A DNA stretch of 64,000 nucleotides from Chara braunii (taxonomy: Eukaryota > Plantae > Charophyceae), in assembly GCA_003427395.1 (NCBI GenBank), contig BFEA01000028.1:4581198-4645197 (forward strand), given 5' to 3'. Both the position numbers and the translations under genes were made by a program. Shown here piece after piece: positions 37,690 through 51,140 of this stretch (position 1 is the stretch's first letter; each line of letters starts with the position of its first letter). The notes below the pieces were generated by a model, which was not told where the DNA came from, did no database searches, and saw nothing but the letters and a program-made list of their open reading frames with translations.

Positions 37690-40600
37690 TAGTCAGGGCC
37701 GTTGAGGGGGCCTTACCCCGGTTAAAACAGTAGCTAGTATAGATTCGGTTCTGTTCTTTTGCTCCCTCCCTTTTTTTGGTTGCCTGTTCGCGTTTTGGCG
37801 TGTTTCTTTCAGGTTGTTCTCCGACCAGGCTTCAACCTACCGGACCCTTGTTATAAGGCTATGCCAAGTGTTGTTGGGGTAAAACCCACAAACCTATTCT
37901 GGGTAATGGTCCCAGAGGCGACTGGTCTCATTTCCGGGTTGTTTGCGAGGAATTCCCGGCCTCATGCTTTCATGATAATGGATTCTTTGGGGCCAGCTGG
38001 CGGAATTAGCGCTCCGGTTGGCGCGTCAGCGCTCAACACTAGCGCTGCCTGTCGAAACGACAGGCCTAACCGGCGACTAGCAAGTCCGGCGTGGATTTGC
38101 AGCTGCAGGTAGTATCTCTTTGCCTATTGTGTTGACAAGGGCCTATGGCGACAACCATAACTGATGATGCTAGCGGTTAGAGTCCTCCGTTGGTGCCCAG
38201 CCAGCCTTGTCGATAGTGGACAATCAATCGTTGTCGCATAGTACTTCAGTATGGAAGCCGAGCCAGGCTCTCAAGGTGAGAGAGATGACAGAGCTCAGGT
38301 CCTAGGTGACTATCGTCTGAAGGAAGATCGTGTCAAGGAGATGATAAGAGCATGTTATGAAGAAGGGATTCTCCCGACCAACATCGATCCTGGAGAAATG
38401 GAGATTGATGGAAGGGAAGTTACATTTACCTTGAATTCATCTCTGGATGAAATCAAGGTTAAATGGTTAAAAGAAAGAACGGTCATGGTTATTTTCTGTG
38501 ACGGAGCACGCTTCCTACCAAAAAAGGTTAAGGAAGATGTGGTCAGGGCCTATGAGGATGTGTGGATAAGGTACGAGGTGTTTGGGCAGCAGTTCAAGCG
38601 AGACAGAATTAAGATCGAGAGTCCGAACATGGTTTCGTACATCCCAAGGGCACAGAAAATCACCGATTGGATATTGGCGAAGAGATCAGACTTCATCGAC
38701 TTGGGAGATGTTACATACCGGAAGGAATTCAAAGCATGGATGACTCGTGCGGAGATCTGAGATTGGAGACAACTTATCAATCAGGACACCTTCTGGGTGG
38801 TGGCGGTAGGAGTTCCTCTGGATGAGACGTCGTTTCTCCATGCCCACATTGAAAAATCGATAGGCAAGATTCTGAAGGTTCACACACCGGATGAGGACGA
38901 GTCAGACCCCAAGTTGGTCAACCTCCGTTTTGACATCGATCCGGCGCAGAGAGCCAACATGAAGGATAAATTCTGGATTTGTACCTTTCAGGGGGACCTT
39001 CTAGAAGTCCGACTGGCTTGCGCGGACTCGGAGTTGTGCAAGCGTTGTCGCACCTTCTTCCACACTGAACTAACATGCAGGCGGCCAGCGAGAAGAACCC
39101 AAGGTGCTACATCCTCGGATAATCCTCGGACTGCGACCACATCAGGAGCTAGGGCTGCCCAACAAATATATGGAGGCCCCCTTCGAGCACCAGGAGCATC
39201 GACCCAACAAGGTCAACCTTCGATATCATCGGAACCTGCAGCTTCTAACGCTCCGGCAGGATCGAACGTTAGGCTTAATCCTACGTTCTCTCCCAGACCC
39301 GTACCGGGGCTCGGCACCCCCGGTGGTCACCAACCTCGGAGGCCAGAGGAGCAGCTAGCCTCAGCAACAGCGGGTGCAGCCTGGGCAACGTATTTGAACA
39401 ATCTGCCTTCTCATCCTTTCACTCAACAATTGGGTGCGCTGTTACCAGGTCAGCATCTTGGCGTGAGCCCTTCATTTGCTAACAGGCATGCGTTCATGCC
39501 TTGGAATCAGGGGAAGATGAATCTTTCTCAGTTTCAGCCAGGAGGAGGTCTCGGCCCGTATCCCTACCCTGCCATGGTGTCCCCATCAGGACTCATGGGA
39601 CAAGGGTTAGGCAGCAACAGAACTCGGGGGGAATCCCCTGGCAAACAGCGTCGTCTCAGCGAAGAAGGTGGGTTGGACATCCGTGTGGATGAAGTTCATG
39701 CAGAAGCTTCCGGCAGCTCTATCGAAGGCATTCACACTTCTCGCTCATCAACAGCAAGTAAGTGGAAACCGTCCAGCTCCCGGTTGGAAGCCCTGTCCAA
39801 AGGTCAGGCTCCCATGGAGTCCAAGTTATTGCATCTGATGTGCACGGCAGTGAGGGATTCGATGTGGATTATTGCGTGGGTTATCGATGGTTCCCCCATA
39901 TTGTTCAACACGGGTTGTCCTGAATCCCCCATGCCTCATGCTTTGGAAACCACGTCGCGTACCCTATTTCAGAGCAAGTTTGCTTTCCGTATTCTTGAGA
40001 TTTCCATGCCTCGGTTCTTAGTTGAGATTGAGGGTAACCGCACTCGTTTCTACACCCCTCTCTTCGATGCTCGCTTTTCCCCAGGCCAATTAGACGTATT
40101 GGAAAACGAAGGTCTTCGACTGATTCTGTGGGCTTGGTTCTCAGAGGGCAGGAAATATGATATGAGAAGAATCAAGATCGCTCCCACGGTTTCCGTGGAA
40201 TTTCTTGCGGACTTGAATTCTAAATTGGGTAGGGAAAAGAAGATGGATTCTTCATTCTTCAAGCACGTGTTGACGGAACCTTGGATGTTTGTATCGGCCG
40301 CTTCCCAGATCCAACAGTCTGGTGGTGCCAGCCCAAATGGGCGGGCTTAAAACTGCCACATGGAACATTCGCGGGCTAGGAGACTCGACGGGGAGAAATA
40401 AGAAAGGTAGGCTGAAAAGTTCGTTACACGTGCATAAGATCGACATTATCTGTTTCCAGGAAGGCAAGTTATCAGAAGAAAAGATAATGGAATTGGGCAC
40501 TTGGTGGGACGGCCCACAAATCTGGTCTCCGGCCAGAGGCTCATGTGGGGGGGTAGCTATTTTTTTTTTTCGGAGGTAGGATTTCAGGACAGCGACCTCA

Positions 40601-40800
40601 TTTTGGTCACCTCTGTTCCTATATATTTCCTAGCTCCGTTCCTGGGATTTTGAGTTGTTGCGAATTTGTAGTGGTATTCGGCCACTCATAAGCTAAACTG
40701 GCTGATGTTGCCAGGATAACTCCGGGTTGAATTGTGAGGTCCCCGACCTCAATTTTACCCGTTGTAATAAATGTTTGCGTTGTGAAAAAAAAAAAAAAAA
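37690..40800 (+). mobile_element. L1-clade LINE with near-complete ORF1, only the first ~75 codons of ORF2 (endonuclease) and an intact 3' end
   Basis: ORF1 at 38251-40350 is in one frame with a single TGA at 38758 and has the zinc knuckle CKRCRTFFHTELTC (CX2CX4HX4C). ORF2 ATG at 40337 overlaps the ORF1 stop: MGGLKTATWNIRGLGD..DIICFQEGK..GGVAIF (APE endonuclease). The 3' end GGATAACTCCGGGTTGAATTGTGAGGTCCCCG + poly(A) is shared with the 18.9-kb LINE tail. The 5' boundary is approximate. Confidence 0.88.
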
Positions 40801-40908
40801 NANAATGGATTCCTTNTTTTTTTCCCAAAAAAAAAAAAAAAAAAAAAAAACAGTCGCAAAGCGATGGACCCGATTTCCAGCAGGTGTAGCTCCCCACCAA
40901 TAGATGGA

Positions 40909-43555
40909 TGTGACGAACCAATTTCCGCACCGCGCGATTTTCTGCACGGTAGCGACGAGGGGTCCTAAGCTAGGAAGGATGTGCCAATTACGGGAGATCG
41001 GGATGGTTGTGAAATTGCATCGGTGTCCTCGCTTCTTCATCTTTTGCATCGGTTCCTTTCGGATGGCTGGGTTCGGACCCGGGTGAGCCCCGAGACGATC
41101 GATTGGTTGATTGGCTGTGTGAATGGCTGGCGCGCTGTCATGCGTGCGATTAATAAATGTTGACGTTGCCTTTTTTTGTTTCGGTTGTGGACTTTTGGGT
41201 GCGGACATCGCGCGGGAATTTGGCTTCGAATTCTCTTTTTGAATTCTTTTTCGGATCTTGCCGAGCCCTGATGGCTCTCGGAAATTCAGACTCCTTTTTC
41301 GGAGTTTGTGCTTTTTGCTTTTCCGCATTAGATAGGAATTTAGGAATTTTGCCATTAGGATTTTCTTCTGCTGCGCGACGCTTTTTTGTTTACGCGCTTC
41401 TTCGTGCGGCTGCAACGGAACTTTGATTAGTCGGCGCCTTTAATTGTGTGTAACTGTGATTTTGGGCGGGTGCCATTGTAACTGTAACCTTCTTCGTGTG
41501 CTTCATCTTTCCCGCCTTCGCTTCTTCTTGCTGAGTTTAGCCAGCCCGTGGACTGCATGATCGGATCGATGCGTGAAGAGAGGCAAAGTCCCCCACGCCG
41601 CGGCCCGGCCATGCAGAACGCAGGCGCTCCCTCTCCTAATCCTCTTTCGAAGTCCTTGTAATTCTGTGTTCTTCGCGCATGCATGCACGCTATAAATTCA
41701 GGCTGCGCGATTAGTTAGCCCTCTTAACCAGCTATTGGAAGCTCGGGGTAGCGCGATCGGTGAGGGTCGGCTCACGAGCGAAGTAAGAGGTAAGTTGAAG
41801 TGGGAGTCGGGCGACCTGACGAGCTGGTGCCGAACGCGCGGGGTTGACGCAGGCCACGACGGACTGTGGGCGTGGGCGAACCTGACGGGTGCGGGAGGAC
41901 TAAGCGGGGTGACGACTTCATGGGTTGGTGCGCGACGACGGAACTGTCCGTATCGGAGAGAGAGAGAGGAAGAGAGAGCTGAGGTTGATGGACGTGGATT
42001 TGTAGTTTCTTTTGTCTCTTCTCCCTCTTTGCTTTTGTATATAAGTTTTGATCTCGGATCAGTGCGATTCGCCCGTTTTTGTTTTCGGAATCTTGGCTTG
42101 GTTTCCTCCCACACTCGTTTTGTGATTGGTCGATTGGTCGTGTTTTCGTTTGTTGCGCGAATGAATGAATGAATGTTTTGTGGATTGCGTGTCAATTTGC
42201 TTGATCCTTGCCTTTGTACATAAATTTTGATTCCGGGCGACCCGCCCGCTTTTCTCTTGTTTTCTGAAATCTTGACTTGGTTTCAGCCCACACTTGCTTT
42301 TGCAATCTCGAATATTGTGTGATTGAATGAATGGATGAATGAATGTCATGTTTGTTTGCTTTTCCTTGCACCTGATCTTTGTTTTTGCCCGTCGTTTTGA
42401 TACACCCATGAGCATAGTAGGAAAGTTTACGTGATCCTCGCTATTGCTGTTGTCGCATCTTGCATATTCCGGAATGATTGCGTACAGATCACGGAGTGAT
42501 TAGATGATTGGATAGTTGGTTGTCCAGAAACAAGCGAACACGTCGCGGGGATACATGTAAGCACGACCTGATCTGCGCACTTACGCGTGTCCACGCGCGT
42601 CAACTCGTAATCACCCACACATGAAAAGGGCTAACAATTGCGGGGATATTGACTGATTGGATGTGTTTGGTGGCCATTCTGCGTCTGCAACGAAGCGATC
42701 ATCCCTTGTGAACACGTGTAAGTGCGATCCATTCGCACAGTCTACACGTGCTCACACGCAGTAGCTTGCGACCGACTTGAACATCAGATAGGCACGGACA
42801 AACACGCACCAGGAATTTCGTGGTTCCACGATGATAAGATGACACGCTCCTGGGCATCAGATTCGTCATATGACCCGGAGTACTTCACCCCTTGGATAGA
42901 AGAGTGCCTCCGATAGAGGTTCCCCTGCCTAACCGAGAATTTACTATGTCCTAGGGAGTTCCACTGTGCCACAACCAACGATCCACGGTGCTCGGATTTC
43001 CCCACTTTGGATCACATGCACTACTTCATTTCCCCCGGTTTCGTCGTTATCTCCACTAACTTCCCCCCCTTCCGTCTCCTTCTCCCGTATCATCAACTCA
43101 GGGTCGTCCCGTGGAACGCCATAGCCCCATACTGGCCCCGCACGCCCTGTGGAAATTGCCGGCGACGCGGCAACCAGAGAGCCCCGGGAACCCGAGGGCC
43201 TAACCCAAACGTGCGACGGCCGGCGCCACGTGGCAACACCCGACGGCCCGACTCATCAGAATCACACCTACCCCGGATGGACCTTTCGTCAAACCGCCGT
43301 CATCAAAACAGACGAATCAAACGGCCTTGAACGACCCGCGCACGCCTTGCGGCCGGAAGCGGTCCGCCCTCTCAACCAAATTGCACCCGTGCCCCCCAAA
43401 AACTCTGCCACAGGAGATCTCAGTTCTGACCTGGGACTCCACCCCCCCACTTTCCCAAAAATCCTTGGCACACCCCTTTTCGCACTTCCAGCCTTCCAGG
43501 CCCACATCCCACTCCGATCAGGAAGTCGCGCTGGGTGTGAGGTTTGGGCATCACA
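40909..43555. mobile_element. 2647-bp solo-LTR-like (or Ginger-like) non-coding insertion with TGTGA...TCACA ends and a 4-bp TSD
   Basis: TGGA|TGTGACG ... CATCACA|TGGA. Removing it restores the retroposon module ...CCCCACCAATAGATGGAGCC followed by an A-tail near 43576. Confidence 0.85.
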
Positions 43556-44194
43556 TGGAGCCTTCGATGTTGGGGAAAAAAAAAAAGAAAAAAAAAGTCA
43601 TGTTTAAGTGTGGGGGAGGGGTGGCTCCGCCCCCCCTCCCCCACACCCCCTCCTCCCCCATGTTCGGGCTGCGGTATAGTGGGCTTTAAAGTCTGTGACT
43701 CTGTGTCAAGGTGTCGCATTTTCGGCCGCGGGCAACCAGGACACAAGTGGGTTCTTAGTGGGCAAGAGTTTTTGGGGGACCAGTCCCTTGCGGTGTTGCA
43801 GACGACCTACAGATAGCTCTCATAGAACCGGGACTTTTGGAAAATGGAATGAGCGGTCGTCAGGTGGAAGTGGACCCCAAAAAGAAGTAAGAAGGGGAGG
43901 CGTTGTCAGGGGCTTTCCTCTATATCCAGTCCAGATTCCAAGTATATTTCGGGTATCGACCCAGATGGGTACTGTCATTAGAGCGCCGGAGAGAGTGTGT
44001 TGTCGGCATCTCAAGAGTTCATGGATGTACTAACTGAGCTACGTACAGGTAGGCCCCTTGGTAGGGTGCAAATTCTAAGTCACCGGGGGAAAACACGGGG
44101 GCTATAATCAGCGGGCGGAAGAGGGTAGAAAGAGGACGACATAGGAGGGAAGGAAAGAGACAGAGGAGAAAGAAAAGGGGAGAAGTGCTACTTT

Positions 44195-44960
44195 TGGGTT
44201 TCATGTCGAGGGGAGAGCAAGTTGTTGTTTTGCCATGTTCAAAGGTGAAAGCTGATAGTTATGCTCCCGATCATATTCAAGTGTGCCACACCCCCTTGCC
44301 CCCCATGTTGCAGTGGGGGGCTGAGGTCGCCCCATATGTCACTTTCGGGTTTCTCTTTTTTTTTTTTTTTTTTTTTTTAAGGCTAATTCCTTAAGCCCAA
44401 CCAATTCAATTACCTGTCAAAGCACGGCCTTTCAGGCCTTTTTTATTGTCATTATAGTATTACGGGGAACCCCGTAGCAGCCACATCCGTGCTCAAGCCT
44501 CCAACGAGGGAACATGCGGGAGCTGCACCCACCAGCAGGTGCAATACCTGCTACAGCAGGTGGGCGATACCGGCCAGGGGTCAGCCCGTAGCATCAGGAC
44601 CGAGCTTCTTCGGTGGGCCAGTCACTGTGCCTCCCCTCCGGTCCCCTCCCCCTATGAACATCAGCAGTCTCTGTTCAATGCCACTCAGGGGGACCAACGG
44701 CATATCTCTAGGTGGCGGGTTCATGTCAAGGGGAGAGCAAGTTGTTATTAAAAAAAAAAAAAAAAGTTGTTGATTTGCCATGTTCAAAGGTGGAAGCTGA
44801 TGTTTATGCTCCTGATCATGTTCAAGTGCGGGGGAGGGGGGCCTCCGCTCCCCCACACCTCCTCCCCCCCATGTTGAAGTGGGGGGGCTGAGGTCGTCCC
44901 ATGTGCCACTTCCGGGTTTCATGTCGAGGGGAGAGCAAGTTCTTGTTTTGCCATGCTGCT
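44195..44960. repeat. Dispersed/tandem ~150-200-bp repeat (GGGTTTCATGTCGAGGGGAGAGCAAGTT...); related piece at about 43595-43670
   Basis: The motif starts at about 44197, 44717 and 44914. Confidence 0.75.
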
Positions 44961-44979
44961 GCTCGCGGGGACACACACA

Positions 44980-45035
<56 letters not shown>

Positions 45036-47051
45036 GGTACAGCTCCCACTAAAGCACTCTGAGGGGAGCACGTGATTACAAGGTGACACTGGTGCGTATT
45101 CCATAGTGTCAAAGTAAGGACTATGATAGTTGGTTGCTTTAGTGGATCACCATTAGTGTGTTGGATGTTCCAAAGCCTTTGTAAATGGTTGCAGTCTGTT
45201 CTCCAGGTCCTAGGCGGCGCTTCAAGGTCTCGGAGGTTCTGAAATTACTGAAGGTGATATTCTACCTGCCAGTTTTTCTTCACCATTTACTGTTCGTCAT
45301 TTTTCATCAAAGATACTTAGGTTCTTTTTTTTTTCTTCTAATTCCCTAGTATTCTTTTCTTTTGTTATTTGCTCCTATCAGAAGGAAGGTAGCAGATCTT
45401 GTTCCCAGCAGTCGCACAAGACAGGTGAATCCTTCGTCACCCATGTCCTGCCATAGCCCACTAGTAGCGCGGGCGCTTGTGTACGACAGGATAGACAACA
45501 ACTCCTCTCGTTTTTTCGCCCTCCTCTTCTCGTACTTTTCAGAGACAATTTCTGCATCCAAGATTTTCCGCCCTTCCAAGAGATGACCATGAACGGCCAA
45601 TATGACCACATGCACGTCCCCTCCCCTTCTCCTACTTTTCCAAAGACAAACACTTCTTCTTTCCCATCCACTCTTCCCGCCCTTTCAAACTCCCATCATT
45701 TTTTCCGCCACTTTTTCCGCCCTTTCAAACTCCCATCCACTTTTCCCACCCTTTCAATCAAAGAGCACAAGGCGGAGCCGCGAAACAGAGTCAGCAGGTG
45801 TCATCAGCGAGATGCCGGACGGGCACAGAGACGGCTTAACTATGCACTTGGTCTTCCTTCTACCACTCCTGGCTCCTGTAATTGACCCTGACGAGTCATC
45901 CGTCCAGGTGCAATTCCGCACATCTTCTGCTCCGCTCCTCCCCCTGTGCAAGTGCGAGAACTACATCTGATCAACTGCCTGCACAACGTCACAAACAGAG
46001 AGAGAGAGGGAGGGAGGGGCAGAGTGAGAGGAGGGGGGGAGAGATTCACAGACGTTATCCACAACGTCACAAACAAAGAGAGAGAGAGAGAGAGGGAGGG
46101 AGGGATGGAGAGCCAGTGAAGAGGGTGGGGCGGGGGGGGCAGGGGGGGGAAGAGATTCACAACGGTTAATATGTCAATTTGCTGTTCAGCTGCTCGCATG
46201 TCTCCTCAAACAGGGTCTGATTTGAAAAGGCGCGTTGACGGCTATGGATGGATGGATGGCACGTACTCTACCGCCGGGGCCCGACGGCTATGGATGGTTA
46301 ACATGTCACTCCGCGCTTCTCTTTCACTCTTACCTTTCTCCTTCCAGTGAAAACTACAGTCGCCCTCTGCCCCAGCCCTCCCCCCCAAGGCCAAATCGCT
46401 CGCATACTCCTCCTACTCCCTTCAGCTAATTACCTTCTCCTCCTCTATTCCCAGCCTCCGGCTATACCTCCCCCCCGCCCACTCTCCCCTCCTAAACTGG
46501 ACATAAATCCTTGCTTCCTCTAACCCTCGGTAATCAACACACAGGGTGCTTACCCCTTTTGTGAAGGGCTATATGTCAGCTACCCCTTAGGCACGGCGCG
46601 TTCTTTTCTCTCCTTTCTGCTCTTTTTTTTTTTTTTTTTCGAGTTCATGCCTGTTCTATCTGTAGAGCAACGTCTCTTAGGGCATACTCACACTGGGACT
46701 TTTTCACCTATTTCTGGACGGAATTGCGGCCAGATGCGTACAGGTCCGGCGGTAAATGCGTTCAGATACATTTAACAGTGTTAATGTGAGTACGCCCTTA
46801 TCCGATTACGTCAATCAGAATCAATCAATCTTGTTCTGGTTGATATCAGCTCCCGCGTTATTTCCCCAGTTCCGTCCTTTCTCTTCTTCCCGCGGCTGCC
46901 GCGATTCTTCTTGTTGGTGGCCCTTTCTTTTTTCTTTAAAACGCAGCAACATCCCCCTTTTTAATTCTGGAGAGGCTCCAGCCGGGTTATTTACCCTGGC
47001 AAGCATAAAAAAGATACAACAAAGAGGTGAGGTGACATAGTTCGCCAGATA

Positions 47052-47104
<53 letters not shown>

Positions 47105-47151
47105 GAAAGTCTGGAAACTTCCCGCCAAATCGTCGGACAGTCTCCGTCGAT

Positions 47152-47619
47152 CATTATTGAATTAGAGCTCCTCCTATGGACTCCGCTGATCTGCTGCTGA
47201 TCTTGCTGATCCATCAACCTTAAACCCTTTTCCCTCCCTCCCGCTCCCAACCCCCGATCAGACTCACCCCCTCCTCATCTCCCCTTCTCCCCGTTCTCCT
47301 CCCCTCCCCTTTCTTCTTCCTCCCTCATCCTCCTCCTTCAGGTCCCCTTCCCCTCTTCTCCTTCTTGTCATTTTCATCTCTTCATTTCTAGTAGACCTTT
47401 TCCCTCTTCTCATTCTTGTCAGTTTCTTCTTTTCATTTCGAGAAGCGCTGAGGCAGATGGAGAGCGATCCCGAAGCAGACGAAGGGTATGGCCGAACAAC
47501 GAATAAGAAACGGCAAGAAAAGAGGGACGGAATAGCAAACAAGAGAAAAGTTTGAAACACAAAAGTAGAGAAAAAAAAACTAGCAGCAGCAACAGGAGTC
47601 AAAGAAAGGACTGACCAGG

Positions 47620-47654
<35 letters not shown>

Positions 47655-47780
47655 ACCAGGCATTATGGAATTAGAGCTCCTCCTATGGACTCCGCTGATC
47701 TGCTGCTGATATTGCTGATCCGTCAACCTTAAACCCTTTTCCCTCCCTCCCACTCCCACCCCGCCGATCAGACTGACCCC
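47152..47780. repeat. ~120-bp direct repeat (47152-47270 and 47661-47780)
   Basis: GGAATTAGAGCTCCTCCTATGGACTCCGCTGATCTGCTGCTGAT..ATCAGACT occurs twice. Confidence 0.9.
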
Positions 47781-48131
47781 ACCATTTCTCCAAATGTGAA
47801 AAAGACAAAAGAATGGAGAGTGTGTTTTTTTCTAACTTCTACCGTCTTCGCATCTGGACTGAAAGTTGCTCTAAATACAGTTATAATGACCAGGCGTCTC
47901 ATTCGGATAAAAACGGTAATAGCTGAAGATGCACTCACCGAAATGCACATTTGGTGAGCAGTGCCAGCAAGTGAGGCCCTGTCTCCATCTGCACAATATA
48001 TCGAACGTCGAGCATGGCCATCAAAGCAAACCTCCACAGTTTATGCTCATTCACAGGCGAGTGACCACCCAGTGGACATACTGACAAAAGTCTCAAAAAA
48101 AAAAAAAAAAAAAAAAGTACACACGTCCGCA

Positions 48132-48224
48132 CTTCTTCGGGACATCCGTCAAAATTGGAACGATACAGAGAATGAAGATTAGCATGGCCCCTGCGTAAGG
48201 ATGACACGCATAAATCGAGAAATG
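48132..48224 (+). pseudogene. U6: U6 snRNA pseudogene
   Basis: TTCGGGACATCCGTCAAAATTGGAACGATACAGAGAATGAAGATTAGCATGGCCCCTGCGTAAGGATGACACGCATAAATCGAGAAATG matches plant U6. It has a 4-nt insertion after the ACAGAGA box, a broken 5' stem and no normal 3' end. Confidence 0.92.
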
Positions 48225-50042
48225 AAACTTTACAATATCATGTCTTTCGGAAAAAAAAAAAGGGAAAAAAAAAAGCTTTATCCGTTGTCAACACCCACGC
48301 CGACCCGCGAACTGTCATGCATATCGGTTGACGTCAGCAATAATCATCCTTCTTTCGGGACAGACGAAAATTGGACAGCCAAAGGAAAAAAAAAAGCAAA
48401 AAAAAAAAGAAAAGAAAAGAGAAAAGGCACTGACTGCGAAGCTTAACTATGGCGGCTACAGTGCTATGGGGGAACCCCAGCGGTGCACACTGTGCGCATA
48501 TAGGCGACAAAGAGATCTTGTACCTGCGGGAAACAACGGGAGAGGTATTACATTAGTTGTCCTATAGAGGAAGGGAGCACTACCGTCTTCCCCCGAACAC
48601 AACGTACCCTGATAATGCATGTATACAAGCTATCTTTCCAGTCCGGTGCGGTCCGGTGTAGCCAAAATGAGGGTGCTTTGTGTTCGGGGGAAGATGGTAA
48701 TCACTCAGCAGAAAGCTGTTTTGTGTTCGGGGGAAGATGGTAATCACTCAGCAGAAAGCTATCTTTCCCCGCCTGTGCACGGCGGTTTGTGGAGGGTGTT
48801 CTTCGGACCTCTCCACAAAACAACTTTCTGGAGAGTGCAGGGCTTCACGAGTCCACATCGGGGAGACAAAATTTTTTAACCTTTCCGTAAAAGAAATCTA
48901 GTGGCGAGTACGTGCACGATTCTCATATTTTTCACTCTCCACGCATCCGCCACGAAATGTGACGGATGGCGTTCGGGAGTGCTCCCGAACTTTTTTGGGT
49001 TTTCGGGAAAGGTGTGGCGAGGCCCATTTTTCACTAGGCCCATTTTCACTCTCCACGCATCCGCCACGAAATGTGGCGGATGGCGAGTAGTGCAACTACG
49101 GTAGGCCCTGTGTCGACTCGACGGTGTGGCGAGCCGTCTGACACACTTTGCATGCGCCTACTCGCCAAACTTGGCCTATGGCGGTAGTGCAGCTAGGCCC
49201 ATAGTGGGGCGAGGGGGTAGCGCGGAAGAGATCGCGTGCATGCATGACACCACAAAAAAAAAAAAAAAAACATGACACCACACACATGCATATGGTGAGT
49301 GTCCTGGGATTCCGGGGGGTAACTACCGAGGCAGGGTGCAGCCTGGAAGAGATTCCATGCGTCGGGATCGGATCGTGAGTCCAAGTATCGGCGGGTTTGT
49401 CTGCGGAACCATGCGCCCGAGAGGCCATCAGTTTTGACAGCGACTCTCCTTGGAGCACGGCGTACCCGAGAGTGAGTAGCAAGTTCCGCCTGCTCTCGCG
49501 CGGGCACATGCGCGTGCGGCCCGCGAGCAAGGGAGTGGCAGTGAGCTCCGCGTACCGTCGTGCACGATGTGCGAGTGCGCCAGTGAGAAGGAGTAACCTC
49601 CGTCGCACCTCGCGCAAGCTGACGCATGTGCGCACGCCATTGTTCTCGCGTATCCGTCATCGGCGCGCATTCGCTGCCAATGGCTAACGTGTATGCGCGC
49701 ATTGTGTCTTCTACGCTCTCTTCCAAAGACTTGGCTGCGATGGCTTCCTCTCTAGCAATCTTCCCCACTGTGCCAGAACTGTTGTGGCTATGGCGGGCGA
49801 TAAAGATCCACGTGGTGCTCTTCGTCGTCATCATTCTGTCTCTCGCCATCGATCAAGTTCAATCCGGCGGCGGAGATCAGCCATCCCTGATTGGTAATCG
49901 GGTGATGCCATTATCGGGGCAATTGGTTACGACGAGATCGCCCGATGATTTCACTTCCGTACCGGTGCACATGTCGGTGGGCCTGAGGAAACTGCTGTCT
50001 GTGGACGGTAAGTTCATACACCTATTTTACGAGTTGTAATTA

Positions 50043-50157
50043 CACTACGGGGCAAGATGGAGTGTGCAATTGCACTCCGGGCACCCTACCTGGCCAGAAA
50101 GCTGGGCTGTATGCATTGCCCGAACTGCAATTCGAAATTGTATCTTGGCCCATAGTG
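50043..50157. mobile_element. Tiny MITE-like inverted-repeat element
   Basis: CACTACGGGGCAAGAT / ATCTTGGCCCATAGTG; no clear TSD. Confidence 0.5.
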
Positions 50158-50531
50158 CAATTATATCTCATTTTCGTGACTCCCCCATAGTTTCCCCTTT
50201 TTTGTTTTTAAGTTCATATACACATCCACACAGTGTGCCGTGTTTTTCAGTTTTCTTTTGCAGAGCGAAGAGGGGCCCGCCCAAGGTGTTTTCTTCTTTT
50301 CCCCGGGGGGGGCGCGTGGGGGGCGAGTGGGGGGCGAGATTAGAAAAAGCAACTGTCCAAGGCTCTCTTTTTCTCTGTTTTTTGTTCCTCTTTTGACGCT
50401 AGTGCTCAAGGCTGTTGCTAACAGCATAGTATGTAGATTGATCAACACACGCCTCTCCCAATTACGGCTGGTAAGACCGTTGCGACTCCGGCCAGGTCGC
50501 AAGTGGAAGCATGCGCGCGCCCCCGCGTCCG

Positions 50532-50534
<3 letters not shown>

Positions 50535-50584
<50 letters not shown>

Positions 50585-50746
50585 CCGTCCATCTTGATTA
50601 TCTGGCTACCTAGCTACCAAACCCTCCATTCATCTTGCAAAGGGGATATTGCCCCTGCTCCCTCGAGACAGAATCCCTCTAGGGGGGGAAGGGGAGGGGG
50701 GCCACAGCGAGACAGAGATACAGACAGACACAGACAGACACGGATG

Positions 50747-50823
<77 letters not shown>
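50535..50823. repeat. (GA)n and (CA)n microsatellites
   Basis: Directly visible at 50535-50583 and about 50747-50823. Confidence 0.95.
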
Positions 50824-50826
<3 letters not shown>

Positions 50827-51140
50827 CCAGTTCCCGCCGATTCCCTTCCTCCCTTCGGCCCCCGAAAGAAAGGGGGTAACAAACACACACCATGATTGTA
50901 TTTCAGCTGGTTCCCTCAGGACTTGAACATATTCTTATTCCTTTTGTATTTCAGTTTACGAAAGGTGAATTTGATTGCAGAAAGAGAAAGAGGCCTGGGA
51001 GGTACTGGGGCTAGTACCCAGCTTCCACAGAAATGCTGGAAATCGGGTGTGGCGTCCCATCAAAAAAGAAAAAGTAACATCATCCTCGCCAGATCATAGC
51101 CTGATGATGGCTTTACTAAGAAGAAAGAAAAAAGGGGTAA

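Noticed and set aside
49193-50039. Host protein-coding gene (also 19840-20477, 45346-45970 and 56531-57325)
   Set aside because: Overlapping GC-rich ORFs on both strands with no recognisable domain or splice structure; probably transposon remnants, but I cannot support a call.
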